A stretch of 64,000 nucleotides of DNA from Treponemataceae bacterium (GCA_963677895.2 CAXXGJ010000038.1:480001-544000); one strand, 5' to 3'; positions 28,428 through 40,041 are shown, counted from the first letter of the stretch. The notes: generated from the letters alone by a model not told the origin. Program-made: numbers and translations.

Positions 28428-30683
28428 TCATTCCTCCGGGCGCTCTTCGTCTTTGGCATGGAGATAGTCACACGAGGGATTGATGCAGCCCTTGTGGACG
28501 CCCGATACTTTGTCGGTCTTTTCGACCAGGAACCAGCCGCATTTGGGACAGAGCTTGTCGGTGGGCTTGTCATAGGACACGAAATCGCAGGTGGGATAGT
28601 TGGTGCAGCCATAGAAGGTCTTCCGCTTGCCCTTCAGGTTTTTCCGCTCGACGATGTCGCCGCCACATTTGGGGCATTTCGCGAGGGGAATAGACTTCGT
28701 GTTCTTGCAGGCGGGGAATCCGGAGCAGGCCAGGAAAAAGCCGAAACGCCCCAGCTTCTTCACCATGGGCTTTCCGCAGAGTTCGCAGACGATGTCCGTC
28801 GCCTCGTCCAGCTGTCCTTTCTTGCTCGTGAGCGTGGACATGACCTCGTCGAGCCTCTTCTTGAACGGGAAATAGAAATCCTTCATCACGGCGACCCAGT
28901 CGACTTTTTCCTCTTCCACCTGGTCGAGAAGTCTTTCCATGCTCGAAGTGAATCCCGTGCCGATGACATCGGGGAAATATTCGGAGAGGATCTCCGTTAT
29001 CATCTTGCCGAGCAGGGTCGGGGCCAGCTGTTTCGTCTGGCGGGACACGTAATAGCGCTCGAGAAGGGTGCTGATCGTGGGCGCGTAGGTGGAAGGCCGG
29101 CCTATGCCCAGTTCCTCGAGCGCCTTGATGATGGAGGCGTCGTTGTAGCGCGCGGGCCCTTGGGTGAAATGCTGGGTGGCGTGGATCTTTTCGACGGGCA
29201 GGGACTGGCCGACTTCGAGGGCCAGGCTGTGGCTCGCTTTTTCTTCCTTGGAAGCGGCAAGCTTGATCACCTTGTAGAAGCCTTCTTCGACATAGGATGA
29301 AGCCGAGACTCTGAAAAGTCCTTCGCCGATGGCGATGTCCGCCGTCGTGATGTTCATAACGGCGGGGATCATCTGGGAAGCCACGAAGCGTTCCCATATC
29401 AGGGCATAGAGCCTCAGTTCGTCGCGCTGGAGGAAGCGCGCGATGTCGTCGGGTGCGAGATCGACCCTCGTCGGCCTGATGGCCTCATGAGCGTCCTGGG
29501 ACTGTTTTCCGGCGCTGTAATGCTGAGCCTGGGGCGGCAGCTGTCCGGGGTGGAATTCCGCGATCCAGCGCCTGGCCTCGGCGAGGGCGTATTCTGAAAT
29601 GCGCGTGGAGTCGGTCCTCATATAGGAAATGAGACCGGTGCGCTGAGCTCCCATGCTTATGCCTTCGTAGAGCTTCTGGGCTATCTGCATGGTCTTCTTG
29701 CTGGTGAAGCCGAGGCGGTTGGCGGCCGTCTGCTGCAGTGTGGAGGTCGTGAAGGGCGCCTTGGGCTTTATGACTTTTTCGCCGTTCCTGATATCGCTCA
29801 CGACGGCGGGCTTGCCTTCGAGATCGCCGACGATCGCCTTGGCTTCTTCCTCTTTCGAGACCTGGAGCTTCTCGTTCTTATAGAGGACGAGGTCGGCCTT
29901 GATGGTCGAACGATGGGCCTTGAGGCCCGCTTCGATCGTCCAGTATTCTTCGGGGATGAAGGATTCGACTTCCTTTTCCCTGTCGCAGATGAGTTTGAGC
30001 GTCGCCGACTGGACGCGGCCGGCCGAAAGGCCGTTCTTCACTTTTTTCCAGAGCAGGGGGGAGAGGTTGTAGCCGACGAGCCTGTCGAGGACGCGACGAG
30101 CTTTCTGCGCGTCCACCTTGGTAAGGTCTATTTCCCTGGGGGCGTCGACCGCTTCCTTGATGGCGTTCTGCGTGATTTCGTTGAAGGTGATCCTCTTGAT
30201 CCTGAGCCCAGGTTCCTTTTCCCCGATATATTTGCCGATCTGGTAGGCGATGGCCTCCCCTTCGCGGTCAGGGTCCGATGCCAGCATGACGGCTTCGGAT
30301 TTCTTGGCTTCCTTGACGAGGCTCTTGAGCACCTCCGCCCTTCCCCTGATGGTCAGGTATTCGGGTTCGAAATTGTTGTCCACGTCGACGCCGATGCGCG
30401 ATTTGGGGAGATCGATGAGGTGTCCCATGGAGGCGAGCACCTTGTATCTCGATCCCAGATATTTTTCGATGGTCTTGGCCTTGGCGGGGGATTCCACGAT
30501 GATGAGGGTCTTTCCTTTTTCGGCTTTTTTCGCCCCCTTGGCCGAGGCGGACTTCTTGGACTTGGCTTTTTTGGCGGCGGTTTTCTTGGGCGCCGGCTTT
30601 TTCTTGGTCGGCGCTTCCGTCGATGCCTGCTCCGCCATGGGCTTCAGGTCGGTAAGGTCTGTATCTTTCGTCACTTTCGCCAT
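28428..30683 (-). CDS. topA: DNA topoisomerase I
   Basis: IVESPAKAKTI, DPDREGE, SAGRVQS, SYMRTDS, Zn ribbons; Lys/Ala-rich N-tail. Confidence 0.98.
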   Translation of the reverse strand: MAKVTKDTDLTDLKPMAEQASTEAPTKKKPAPKKTAAKKAKSKKSASAKGAKKAEKGKTLIIVESPAKAKTIEKYLGSRYKVLASMGHLIDLPKSRIGVDVDNNFEPEYLTIRGRAEVLKSLVKEAKKSEAVMLASDPDREGEAIAYQIGKYIGEKEPGLRIKRITFNEITQNAIKEAVDAPREIDLTKVDAQKARRVLDRLVGYNLSPLLWKKVKNGLSAGRVQSATLKLICDREKEVESFIPEEYWTIEAGLKAHRSTIKADLVLYKNEKLQVSKEEEAKAIVGDLEGKPAVVSDIRNGEKVIKPKAPFTTSTLQQTAANRLGFTSKKTMQIAQKLYEGISMGAQRTGLISYMRTDSTRISEYALAEARRWIAEFHPGQLPPQAQHYSAGKQSQDAHEAIRPTRVDLAPDDIARFLQRDELRLYALIWERFVASQMIPAVMNITTADIAIGEGLFRVSASSYVEEGFYKVIKLAASKEEKASHSLALEVGQSLPVEKIHATQHFTQGPARYNDASIIKALEELGIGRPSTYAPTISTLLERYYVSRQTKQLAPTLLGKMITEILSEYFPDVIGTGFTSSMERLLDQVEEEKVDWVAVMKDFYFPFKKRLDEVMSTLTSKKGQLDEATDIVCELCGKPMVKKLGRFGFFLACSGFPACKNTKSIPLAKCPKCGGDIVERKNLKGKRKTFYGCTNYPTCDFVSYDKPTDKLCPKCGWFLVEKTDKVSGVHKGCINPSCDYLHAKDEERPEE

Positions 30684-30688
30684 AATTT

Positions 30689-31603
30689 TCAGTCTCCTAC
30701 ACGCTCGTGTTGTCGCCGCGCCGTCATTCCGCGTCCGCTCGCCGACCATTCCAGAAAAACGTCTTCAGCATTATTCACAATTACGGCGCCTTGGGAAGCC
30801 AAAGCGTCCCCGCCGGCGTTGCGCGTGCCGCCCACGCAGGCGCCGTGCACGAATACGTCGCGTCCTTCGGTCAACGCGTGGTCGGCGGTGATCAAGGCTC
30901 CCGAATTTCCCGGCGCCTCCACGACGACGCAGGACCGCGACATGCCCGCGATGATCCTGTTCCGCTCCGGAAACCGGTAGCGCTGTATCTCCGTGCCAGG
31001 CGGATATTCCGTGACGATGCCCCCGCCCGAATCCAGGATGGCCGAAGCCAGCGCCTTGTTCGAAGCCGGATAGATCGTCTCGATGCCGCCCGGAAGCACC
31101 GCGACCGTTTTTCCGCGGCCCTTCAGCGCCCCGCGATGGGCCGCCGCGTCGATCCCTCTCGCCAGGCCGGATACGACGCAGACCCCATTCGCCGATAAAT
31201 CCGCCGCAAGCCCATAGGCGGCATGCAGCCCATTCCCCGTCGGAACTCTCGTTCCCACGATTCCCACCTCGGGGATTTCCGGATCGGGAAGTCTTCCCCT
31301 CAAATAAAGGCCGAAAGGCGGCCTGTAGACTTCCCTCAGCTGGGGCGGATAGACGGAATCGCCGATAGCCACGAACCGGATGCCCCTCGGCGCGAAAAAA
31401 TCCCTGTCCCGAAGCGCCTTTTCCCAAAACAGGACCGGCTTCCAGCATTCGGGTTTCAGCGACCGCATGACGATGGACTGGACATCGCCCGCCCGCATCG
31501 ACAACAGCCCCTCGCGCGAACCCGCCGCCGCGGCCACCAGGAGCTTTTCGTGGCTCCTCAGGAAATCCATCCTCGCGACGGCGAGCGCGAGGAGCGGATC
31601 CAT
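30689..31603 (-). CDS. dprA: DNA-processing protein DprA/Smf (start may be up to 31714)
   Basis: VGTR, VSGLARGIDAAAH, FPERNRII, SGALITA. Confidence 0.93.
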   Translation of the reverse strand: MDPLLALAVARMDFLRSHEKLLVAAAAGSREGLLSMRAGDVQSIVMRSLKPECWKPVLFWEKALRDRDFFAPRGIRFVAIGDSVYPPQLREVYRPPFGLYLRGRLPDPEIPEVGIVGTRVPTGNGLHAAYGLAADLSANGVCVVSGLARGIDAAAHRGALKGRGKTVAVLPGGIETIYPASNKALASAILDSGGGIVTEYPPGTEIQRYRFPERNRIIAGMSRSCVVVEAPGNSGALITADHALTEGRDVFVHGACVGGTRNAGGDALASQGAVIVNNAEDVFLEWSASGRGMTARRQHERVGD

Positions 31604-31752
31604 GATGTCCGCGCCCAGCATTCCGTCCACTTCGTCATCGAACATGGCGTGGAACAGGGAGAGTCGCTGCGGATATCCCAGGTTTGCCCTTTTCATCCTC
31701 ATCCTCCTATCCATAAACGCCGCCCGATGGCTTTCGCGCTTCCGTCCGCCCT

Positions 31753-32631
31753 TCAGTTTCTTGGAAAATACTCCTTGTGATAGCCCTGAAGCGCTTCCTC
31801 TTCGATGTGCGTATAAATCTGGGTCGTGGAGATGTCGGTGTGGCCGAGAAGCTCCTGCACCGTCCTCAGGTCGGCGCCGCCGGCCAGCAAGTGCGTCGCG
31901 AAGCTGTGCCTGAAGGTGTGGACCTTCGCCGAGACGCCCGACACGGCCCTGATCCCCGAAAACCTTTTCCAGATGCCTTTTCTCGATATGCCTTCGCCCT
32001 CCTGGTTGAGAAAAACGAGATTGGACTTCTTCCGCTTCTCCAGATGAGGCCTGGCTTCCTTTATGTATTTTTCCAGCCAGTAGTGGGCCTCGTCGCCGAA
32101 GGGCACGATCCGTTCCTTCTTCCTTTTCCCGAGGACGCGCAGGAGCCTTTCCTTCAGGAAGAGCCTGTCGAAGGACAGGTTCGACGCCTCGGAAATCCTC
32201 AATCCGCAGGAATAGATAAGCTCGAAAAGAGCCCTGTCCCTGATGCCGTTGGGCGTCGAAAGATCGATGCTCGCCAGGAATTTGTCCACTTCCTCGGGCT
32301 GGAGAACGTCGGGCAGGACCCGTTCCTGTCTCGGCGTCCTGATGAGAAGCGAGGGATCGTCGCCGCGAAGCCCCTCGAGCTTCATGAACTTGTAGATCGA
32401 ATGGACGCTGGCCACGATCCTGGCCATGGTCGTCCTGGAAAGCCCTTTTTCATGCCTCCAGACCAGGAAGCAGAGCAGATCTTCGCCGGTGGCCGTCAAA
32501 GGCTCCTTCCCCTGCCCCGCAAGATATGCCTCCAGGTTGTCCAGTTCACGGAGGTAGGCTTCGGCGGTGAGCGCCGAGCGCTTGCGCACGAGCAGAAGAT
32601 GAGCCCTGAAACGGGCCCCCAGCTGGGTCAC
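31753..32631 (-). CDS. xerD: Tyrosine recombinase XerD
   Basis: [28 protein letters not shown]. Confidence 0.85.
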   Translation of the reverse strand: MTQLGARFRAHLLLVRKRSALTAEAYLRELDNLEAYLAGQGKEPLTATGEDLLCFLVWRHEKGLSRTTMARIVASVHSIYKFMKLEGLRGDDPSLLIRTPRQERVLPDVLQPEEVDKFLASIDLSTPNGIRDRALFELIYSCGLRISEASNLSFDRLFLKERLLRVLGKRKKERIVPFGDEAHYWLEKYIKEARPHLEKRKKSNLVFLNQEGEGISRKGIWKRFSGIRAVSGVSAKVHTFRHSFATHLLAGGADLRTVQELLGHTDISTTQIYTHIEEEALQGYHKEYFPRN

Positions 32632-33839
32632 GCTCTCGCTCCCATTCTCTCGGCTTTCTCCGCGCCGAATTTCTTGTCGCGCAGGATGGTGGGAATGTCG
32701 AGCTCGTCGCCGTCGGCGGCGTTTTCGAAGCCGAAACCCTTGCCGGAACTCTGGATGGTCTGGGTCATGAGGACGTAATCCTCGGGGGAAACGTAGTCGC
32801 TGGAAGGTTTGCGAATTTCCGTCCTGGCTCTCAGGATGGCCTTCTGAGCCTCGATTTCCTTGGGATCGGCGCGCCTCGGCCCGAATCCCGTGGCGATGAC
32901 CGTCACCCTGACCTCGTCGTCGATCATGGGATCGGTGACGAAACCGGCGATGATATGAGCCTCTTCGGCCGCCTTTTCCGTGATGAAGTCGACGATTTCC
33001 TGGTATTCGACGAGGGAGAAATCCTCGCCGCCGGTGACGTTGACGAGCACGTTCCTGGCTCCCTCGATCCTGGCATCCTCGAGAAGGGGGTTGTTCACCG
33101 CCTTGCTGGCCGCGTCGGTGGCGCGATTCTCGCCCGTGCCGATTCCAATGCCCATGATGGCGTCGCCCTGTCCCTGCATCACGGTGCGTACGTCGGCGAA
33201 GTCGATGTTGATGTCGCCGGCCAGGGTGATGAGATCGGAGATGCCTTGCACGCCCTGCCTCAACACTTCGTCGGCCAGGAGGAAGGCCTGCTTGATGGGC
33301 GTTCGCTTGTCCACGACCTTCAGAAGGTTCTGGTTGGGAATGACGATGACGGTGTCAACGGCCTGGCGAAGCTTCTCGAGGCCTTCTTCGGCGATGCGGC
33401 CGACAACCTTGCCCTCGAAGGTGAAGGGTTTCGTGACTACCGCGACGGTCAGGGCGCCCATGTCCCTCGCCGTCTGGGCGATGATGGGGGCGGAGCCGGT
33501 GCCGGTGCCGCCGCCAAGGCCCGAGGTGACAAAGACCATGTCGGAGCCGCGCAGGGCCTGCTCGATCATCTCCCTGTCTTCCATGGCCGCCTTTTCGCCG
33601 ATCTCGGGTTTTCCGCCGGCGCCGAGGCCCTTGGTGAGCTTCGTGCCGATGCCGAGCTTTATCTCGGCCTTGGAGCGGCCCAGATCCTGGAGGTCGGTGT
33701 TCACCGAGATGAACTGCACGTTCTTGAGCCCTCCCGCGATCATCCTGTTCACCGCGTTGGAGCCGCCGCCGCCCGAGCCAATTACTTTAATCACGGTCGG
33801 ATTGACCGAACTGTCGTCATCGATGATTTCTATCGCCAT
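32628..33839 (-). CDS. ftsZ: Cell division protein FtsZ
   Basis: [23 protein letters not shown]-terminal LDIPTILR. Confidence 0.99.
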   Translation of the reverse strand: MAIEIIDDDSSVNPTVIKVIGSGGGGSNAVNRMIAGGLKNVQFISVNTDLQDLGRSKAEIKLGIGTKLTKGLGAGGKPEIGEKAAMEDREMIEQALRGSDMVFVTSGLGGGTGTGSAPIIAQTARDMGALTVAVVTKPFTFEGKVVGRIAEEGLEKLRQAVDTVIVIPNQNLLKVVDKRTPIKQAFLLADEVLRQGVQGISDLITLAGDINIDFADVRTVMQGQGDAIMGIGIGTGENRATDAASKAVNNPLLEDARIEGARNVLVNVTGGEDFSLVEYQEIVDFITEKAAEEAHIIAGFVTDPMIDDEVRVTVIATGFGPRRADPKEIEAQKAILRARTEIRKPSSDYVSPEDYVLMTQTIQSSGKGFGFENAADGDELDIPTILRDKKFGAEKAERMGARA

Positions 33840-33855
33840 TTTTCCCCTCCGTTGA

Positions 33856-35103
33856 TCAGATGAATTTATCCTTGAGCCACGTGACTATTTTCCCCAGACT
33901 GGATGCCCTGGATTTTTCCTTATGCGCCGCCGATTGCCCGCGCGAAGGATCCATCGCGAGCTGATTGTCGGCTTCTATGAGCACAAGCCCCACGGCCGTA
34001 GCGAACATGGGATTCCTGTATTCGTTTTCCAGGCCGCCGATGGAAGGCAGCGTCCCAAGATGCACGGGCACCTGGAACACCGATTCGGCCAGCTCCTTGG
34101 TTCCCGCCATCAGGGCAGCCCCTCCGGTGAGGACGATCCCCGCCTTGATATCCTTGAGGAAACCTGCCTTATCCAGCTTCTCCTTGGCCATGAGGAAGAT
34201 TTCTTCCATGCGGGGCTGGACGATGGCGCAGAGTTTTCTCCGCGGTATCTCCGTAGGTTCCCTTCCGCCGATGCCCGGCACGACGATGAGTTCGTCGGGG
34301 TCGATGGATTCGAGCCAGCAGGAGGCGGCTTCGCGCTTCAGGCGCTCGGCCGAGTCCATGAGAACGCTCAGCATTATCGAAATATCGTTGGTGACCTGCA
34401 TGCCGCCAGCGGGAACGGCCGAGGTGTACCAGGGCTCGCCGTCGCGGAACACCATCAGATCCGTCGTTCCGCCGCCGATATCCATCAGGAGACAGCCGAG
34501 ATCGCGTTCGTCGTCGGAAAGCACCGATCGCGCGGCGGCCAGGCTGCCGAGAATGCGGTGATCGGTCTTGTATCCGGCGCGATTCACGCATTTGACCATA
34601 TTCTGGGTCGTCGTCACGGAACTCGTGATGATATGCACTTCCGACTCGAGCCGCACTCCCATCATGTGCAGGGGGTCGCGGATGCCGCGCTGCGCGTCCA
34701 CGGTGTAGGTCTGGGGCACCACATGAAGGATTTCCCTGTCCATGGGGATGGAGACCGCCTGAGCCGCCTCATGCACCCGCGCTATGTCGTCGGCGGTTAT
34801 CTCGCGCCCCTTGCCGGCGACGGCCACCACGCCTTTGGAGTTGAGGCTCTCGATGTTAGCCCCGGAGATGCCCAGGACGCAGGAATGGATTTCCCGTCCC
34901 GACATGAGCTCGGCCGATTCTATGGCCGAGGTAACCGAGGACAGTGTCGCCTCTATATTGAGCACGACTCCTCTCCGCAGACCGGTCGACGGAGCTACGC
35001 CCACGCCGATGATTTCGAGTTGATCCTCTTCGTTGAAATCCCCGACTACAGCCCTTGTTGAAGTGGTGCCGATATCGAGACCGACAATGAAGGTGTCAGC
35101 CAG
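33856..35103 (-). CDS. ftsA: Cell division protein FtsA (probable CTG start)
   Basis: In-frame N-terminal VGLDIGTT upstream of the tracked ORF; AAGGAGG 6 nt before [15 protein letters not shown]. Confidence 0.93.
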   Translation of the reverse strand: MADTFIVGLDIGTTSTRAVVGDFNEEDQLEIIGVGVAPSTGLRRGVVLNIEATLSSVTSAIESAELMSGREIHSCVLGISGANIESLNSKGVVAVAGKGREITADDIARVHEAAQAVSIPMDREILHVVPQTYTVDAQRGIRDPLHMMGVRLESEVHIITSSVTTTQNMVKCVNRAGYKTDHRILGSLAAARSVLSDDERDLGCLLMDIGGGTTDLMVFRDGEPWYTSAVPAGGMQVTNDISIMLSVLMDSAERLKREAASCWLESIDPDELIVVPGIGGREPTEIPRRKLCAIVQPRMEEIFLMAKEKLDKAGFLKDIKAGIVLTGGAALMAGTKELAESVFQVPVHLGTLPSIGGLENEYRNPMFATAVGLVLIEADNQLAMDPSRGQSAAHKEKSRASSLGKIVTWLKDKFI

Positions 35104-36259
35104 TTTGTGCCTCCTTTGTCCTATACACGATGGTACCCGTGCGGAAATCGATCTCTTCGATCTTCTCCGCCCCCTGTCTGCTGGCCAGAATGTCCAGGAC
35201 CAGCAGCGCCGATCCGAGATTTTTGCTCGTCAGTCTGGAAGGCATTCGTATAGGAACCGATTTTCCGGAAGGGAACAGGAGAAGTTCCGCTTCGGAATCG
35301 GAAATCTTTTCGATCTTAATCTCTGAAAAAGCCTCGAGCGGCGAAGGATTTTCCTTCGAAATCTCGGCGATGTCGCGCAGCAGAGGCCGCAGGAATTCCG
35401 GGAGTTTCTGTCCGGGCACGAAACGCTCGAAGCGAATGCCCGAAAGAACGGGCAGCTTGGTCGTGGCGGCGATGGAATCCATATAGGCGAACGCGATGCC
35501 CTCTTTATCAATGGCAATGGATTTCGTGCCGATTTCCTCGTTGACAAGGACGCAGGCGACCGCCTTCCTCTCCACGAGGTCGACGACGAGCTGATCGGGG
35601 AAGGAGCGCCTGACATTCACGGCGGCGATCTTGGGATTGGCGAGTATCCGTCCTTCCATGGCAGGCACGTCGGCGTTGACGAGATTGATGTCGGCGTTAA
35701 GAAGGAGGGCGTCGGTGATTTCCTTTTCGGTGGTGTTCAGCATCCCGTTCACCGATACCTTGTTCACCCTCGTGACCTCCGGAACGGAAAAATAGAGCCC
35801 CAGACCGAGCGCGACCAGGAGGATAAAGGCGATGATCAACTTGGCGTTATCGCTCCGCTGGCTTTCCCTGTTTTTCTCCGCCTGACGTTCCCTGGCGGAG
35901 ATCGTTTTCGCTATCGAAGCCGCCTTCTGATCGTAGAGTCTCTTAGGTTTCTGTTTCGAGCGCGTGGGTTCGGGGGTCTCGGCCGGGACGCCGCGAGCGC
36001 TCCGGTCGACAATTCCCTGCCCCCTGTCCTTCCTGGTTTGGGAAGGCGCGAAACTCTTCAAGCCGGGATGAGCCGATGTTCCGGAAGCGCCGGCTATCCC
36101 CGTTTCGCGGCGAGCCGTGCTCCGTTCCAGGTATGACAGCCCTTCGCGGCTTTTGGCGCTTTCGGCCGCGCCTTTGCTCTTCGAGTTCACCTGTGGGGCT
36201 GCTGGCGCCTGACGGGCCGTACCCGTCTTAGACTTCGCCAAGGACAATAGTTCAGCCAT
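35096..36259 (-). CDS. ftsQ: FtsQ/DivIB with long cytoplasmic N-terminus
   Basis: Single TM, POTRA-like domain, C-terminal IDFR; between ftsW and ftsA. Confidence 0.85.
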   Translation of the reverse strand: MAELLSLAKSKTGTARQAPAAPQVNSKSKGAAESAKSREGLSYLERSTARRETGIAGASGTSAHPGLKSFAPSQTRKDRGQGIVDRSARGVPAETPEPTRSKQKPKRLYDQKAASIAKTISARERQAEKNRESQRSDNAKLIIAFILLVALGLGLYFSVPEVTRVNKVSVNGMLNTTEKEITDALLLNADINLVNADVPAMEGRILANPKIAAVNVRRSFPDQLVVDLVERKAVACVLVNEEIGTKSIAIDKEGIAFAYMDSIAATTKLPVLSGIRFERFVPGQKLPEFLRPLLRDIAEISKENPSPLEAFSEIKIEKISDSEAELLLFPSGKSVPIRMPSRLTSKNLGSALLVLDILASRQGAEKIEEIDFRTGTIVYRTKEAQTG

Positions 36260-37436
36260 TGCCGTTTCCTCCAGAAATCTGCGCCGAACCTGACGGGGAT
36301 AGGGCCGAGAAGCCGGTATCCTTGAGCGCGTTGAGAATCAAACCCCCGGCCAAGGCCGTGGAAAGGAGGGAAGATCCGCCTGCCGAGAAAAAGGGAAGCG
36401 CGATGCCCGTGGCCGGAAGGAAGCCGGACACGACGCCCAGGTTGATGAGAAACTGCATTGAAAGGAGACAGAGCATACCCATCGCGAGTAGATAACGGAA
36501 ACCTTCCATGTTCCTGGCGGCGCGGATCACGGCGACGACGAGGAAAATCCAGCAGGCGAAGACCGCGGCCACGCCCAGGAGTCCCATCTCCTCGGCGAAG
36601 GCCGCGAAGACGAAATCGGACTGTATTTCGGGAATGGAGGTGAGTTTTCTCGTGCCGAGCCCCAACCCTTTGCCCCAAAGACCGCCCGACATTATGGCGC
36701 GTATGGAATTCTGCACCTGATAGTTCATCCCATGGGGATCGTAGTCGGGGATGATGTAGCCCAATACGCGGATGAGGCGGTATTCGGAGGAGGTGATCAT
36801 GAGGAAGACGGCCGGTATCGCCAAGACAAGGGTACCCAGGAAAAACCTCATCGGCGTGCCCGCGAACCAGAATACGGAGAGGGCAGCCGCCAATGCCAGG
36901 ACGGTCGTGGAAAAATCATCCTGGAGGAAAATGATAGTGCAGCCGAGAACGATGACGAGGAAGGGGAAAATCGCCTCGCCCGCCGTATTTTTGATAGTTT
37001 GATTTTTCTTGTCGAGAATATGCGCGGCATAGAAAATGCTGATGGGCTTCCAGAGTTCGGAAGGCTGGAAATTCGTGACTATGAGATTGATCCAACGCCG
37101 GCCGCCGTTTATCTCGACGCCGATGCCGGGCAGGAAAGGCAGAACGAGCGAAAAGAGGGAGGCCATGGCGAACAGCCCCGCCAGATTCCTGAACTTGTCC
37201 AGCGGAATGACGGAAGCCACGATGAATATGAAAATGGCTGGGAGGAAGAAAATCGCTTGCCGTATGGCGAAGTAGCTGGCTCCTTTCTCAATCTTGACGC
37301 CGTATCCGGAAGAGGCTGACCACATCCCTATAAAACCTATAACCGCCAAGGCCATGAAGGCACCCGCGAACTTCGCCTCGGGATGGCGTATCGTCCGACC
37401 CTCGGCCGCGAATTCATGCAGAAGTTTCATCTCCAT
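36252..37436 (-). CDS. ftsW: SEDS protein FtsW
   Basis: NGGRRWI, FQPSE, SDFVFA, LPFFSAGGSS. Confidence 0.93.
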   Translation of the reverse strand: MEMKLLHEFAAEGRTIRHPEAKFAGAFMALAVIGFIGMWSASSGYGVKIEKGASYFAIRQAIFFLPAIFIFIVASVIPLDKFRNLAGLFAMASLFSLVLPFLPGIGVEINGGRRWINLIVTNFQPSELWKPISIFYAAHILDKKNQTIKNTAGEAIFPFLVIVLGCTIIFLQDDFSTTVLALAAALSVFWFAGTPMRFFLGTLVLAIPAVFLMITSSEYRLIRVLGYIIPDYDPHGMNYQVQNSIRAIMSGGLWGKGLGLGTRKLTSIPEIQSDFVFAAFAEEMGLLGVAAVFACWIFLVVAVIRAARNMEGFRYLLAMGMLCLLSMQFLINLGVVSGFLPATGIALPFFSAGGSSLLSTALAGGLILNALKDTGFSALSPSGSAQISGGNGNG

Positions 37437-37439
37437 CGC

Positions 37440-38522
37440 CTACTGAATCTTCAGCGTCGAAAGCGCCAGCAGCGCGAACATGCCGCCCATGATCCAGAAA
37501 CGGACGACAACCTTGGTTTCCTTCTGCCCCGAGAGTTCGAAGTGATGGTGGAGCGGAGCCATGCGGAAAAGCCTTTTCCCCTTTGTGGCCTTGAAATAAA
37601 GCACCTGGAGCATCACCGAACCGAGTTCCATCACGAAAACGCCGCCGATGAGAAGAAGGAGGATTTCCTTTTTCACGATGAGGGAAAGGACGCCGAGCAC
37701 GCCGCCCAAGGCGAGAGAGCCCGCGTCGCCCATGAATACCTCGGCGGGGTGGGAATTGAACCAGAGAAAGCCCGTACAGGCGCCCAGCAAGGCCAGGTTG
37801 AAGACGGTCAGCTCACCGGCGCCCTTGACGTAGGGAATGCCGAGGTAAGAGGCCCAGTCGGCCCGTCCGCTCACGTAGGTCAGAATGGAAAAGGCGATCA
37901 CGGCCATTATGACAAGGCCCGTGGCGAGCCCATCGAGACCGTCGGTGATATTCACGGCGTTCGACCATGCGGTGACATAGATCATGGCCAGGGGAATCCA
38001 GAAGATGCCCAGATCGAGAACATGGTTCTTGAAGAAAGGCAGGTACACTTTCGTGGAGTACTCGCCGCCTATGGAATAGAGACTCACGGCGGCGACCATG
38101 GAAACCAGGAACTGCAGGGTGAGTTTCTGGACCGCGGAGAGCCCATCGGAATTGTGCTTCTTAATCTTCAGCAAGTCGTCCGCGCTGCCTATCGCCCCGA
38201 ATCCCAGGAGGGAGAAAAGCACGATCCATGTAAGCGGATTCCGTATATCCTGCCAGAGAAGGACGGAAATCGCCACGGCGGCGATTATGAGGATGCCGCC
38301 CATCGTGGGGGTGCCGGTCTTCGCCAGGTGGCTCTGAGGTCCGTCCAGCCTGACCGATTGTCCGAACTTCAGCACCCGCAGTTTTCTGATCACGAAGGGA
38401 CCGAAGAGAAAGACGATGAGAAGGGCGGTCAGGGCCGCGTATGCCGACCTGAAAGTCAGGTAGCGGAATATATTGAAGGGAGAAAAGTATTTAACGAGCG
38501 GAAGCAGAAGTTCACGAAGCAT
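37440..38522 (-). CDS. mraY: Phospho-MurNAc-pentapeptide transferase
   Basis: GTPTMGG, NAVNITDGLDGL, FMGDAGS, APLHHHFE. Confidence 0.98.
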   Translation of the reverse strand: MLRELLLPLVKYFSPFNIFRYLTFRSAYAALTALLIVFLFGPFVIRKLRVLKFGQSVRLDGPQSHLAKTGTPTMGGILIIAAVAISVLLWQDIRNPLTWIVLFSLLGFGAIGSADDLLKIKKHNSDGLSAVQKLTLQFLVSMVAAVSLYSIGGEYSTKVYLPFFKNHVLDLGIFWIPLAMIYVTAWSNAVNITDGLDGLATGLVIMAVIAFSILTYVSGRADWASYLGIPYVKGAGELTVFNLALLGACTGFLWFNSHPAEVFMGDAGSLALGGVLGVLSLIVKKEILLLLIGGVFVMELGSVMLQVLYFKATKGKRLFRMAPLHHHFELSGQKETKVVVRFWIMGGMFALLALSTLKIQ

Positions 38523-40041
38523 GGGCGGCCCCCTTCGTCATAGTTGGATCGATACGGTTCATTTCCTTGGCTTTGACGCCCTCGCTCACCCAGCCCTTAT
38601 CGAAAAGGACCTCGGTGAAACGCTCGAGCGCTAAGCCCCGGGAGGCTTTGGCCAGGACGAGATCGCCTTCCCTCAGGTAATCCAGGACGGATTTCTTGAG
38701 AGATTCGATGTCGCTTGTATGAAAAATGATTCTTCCAGGACGGCTTCCGGCGGAACCGCGTTCGGCTGCCGCCAAGGCCGCCTCGTAGCTCGCCTTCGCT
38801 TCATCGCCGAAGAAGAAAAGGCCGTCGGCGGTCGAGGATTCAGCTTTTCTTCCCATCGCTTCATGCTCGTCGGTCGATGTGTCGCCCAACTCGCGCATCG
38901 AGCCCAGGACGTAGATTTTCCTGCCCTTGCATTCGACCGAGTCGCACAGGCTTATGGCGGCGGCCACGCTTTCGGGATTGGCGTTGTAGCAATCCCTCAC
39001 GAGAGAGATTCTGCCTTCAAAGATTTCCGAGCGGCCGAAAAGCGGCATTACGGAGGCAAGCCCGGAAGCGACCAGCTCGGGATCGCGCTCCAGATCGGCG
39101 GCCACCGAAAGCGCGGCCAATGCGTTGAGCAGGTTGTGCTCTCCCGGAAGCGAGAAGGTAAAATCCCGACCCAGCCACCGAAGCCGCCAGCCGCGGAGGC
39201 CAAGGCTCTCGACCTTCTCCAGCCCCTTCGTCGTGCGGAAACCGAATTCGGAGATCCTGCCCGAAACGTCGGTCTTCAGGAAATCCTTGTAGGGATCGTC
39301 TTCCCACACGAAACCGCGCTGCGAACCGCTGAATCTGGAGAAGATTTTCTTCTTCTCGTCGGCGATGCCTTGGCGCGTACCTATCATGCCGATATGCGCG
39401 ATACCGATGTTGGTTATGACGGCGATGTCCGGCTCGTAAATGGAAGCCAGCTCGTCCATCTCCCCCTTCCTGTTCATGCCCATCTCAAAAACGCCCACCT
39501 TGTGGGAGGCGTTGAGGGCGAACATCGAAAGGGCAAGTCCGATATCCGAATTGAGGTTGCCTTCATTCATTATGAGGCTGCCGGCGGGATAGGTCGGCAG
39601 CAGCGCGGCGCCGATGCATTCCTTGGTGGTCGTCTTGCCCGAGGAGCCGGTGATGCCGATGCGCAGAAGCCCCTTCATTCTCCGCCTATGCTCGCGAGCC
39701 AGGGCCTGGAGCCCCGCCAGGGGGGATTGCACGAAAATCAGGCAGGCGGCGCCAGGATAGGCGGCGCCAGGATAGGCGGCACCAAGGCTGGCGGCGGCGA
39801 TCGCGCTTTCCTTTTTGTCGAGCGCGGCCAATACGCTGGAAGCGCCCTGCTTCAGGGCCGCCGCGATGAAATCGTGACCATCGAAGTTCTCGCCGGGCAG
39901 GGCTACGAAGAGAGAGCCTTTCCCGACCTTCCTGGAATCGGCGGTCACATCGAGGATTGGGGCTTCCAGATTGCCTCTGCAAGCGCCCCCGATCATGCCG
40001 GCCGCTTCGCCCGCGGTAAACAGGACTCTGGTTTCAGTCAT
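38512..40041 (-). CDS. murF: MurF ligase
   Basis: ITGSSGKTTTKE, EMGM, DCYNANP, KASRG. Confidence 0.95.
   Translation of the reverse strand: MTETRVLFTAGEAAGMIGGACRGNLEAPILDVTADSRKVGKGSLFVALPGENFDGHDFIAAALKQGASSVLAALDKKESAIAAASLGAAYPGAAYPGAACLIFVQSPLAGLQALAREHRRRMKGLLRIGITGSSGKTTTKECIGAALLPTYPAGSLIMNEGNLNSDIGLALSMFALNASHKVGVFEMGMNRKGEMDELASIYEPDIAVITNIGIAHIGMIGTRQGIADEKKKIFSRFSGSQRGFVWEDDPYKDFLKTDVSGRISEFGFRTTKGLEKVESLGLRGWRLRWLGRDFTFSLPGEHNLLNALAALSVAADLERDPELVASGLASVMPLFGRSEIFEGRISLVRDCYNANPESVAAAISLCDSVECKGRKIYVLGSMRELGDTSTDEHEAMGRKAESSTADGLFFFGDEAKASYEAALAAAERGSAGSRPGRIIFHTSDIESLKKSVLDYLREGDLVLAKASRGLALERFTEVLFDKGWVSEGVKAKEMNRIDPTMTKGAAHAS
39744..39784. repeat. In-frame 15-bp tandem repeat in murF (GAAYP)
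   Basis: AGGCGGCGCCAGGAT x2 plus a partial copy. Confidence 0.85.

Noticed and set aside
27528..32631. Two tyrosine recombinases as a sign of a mobile element
   Set aside because: XerC/XerD in conserved housekeeping context; no att sites or cargo
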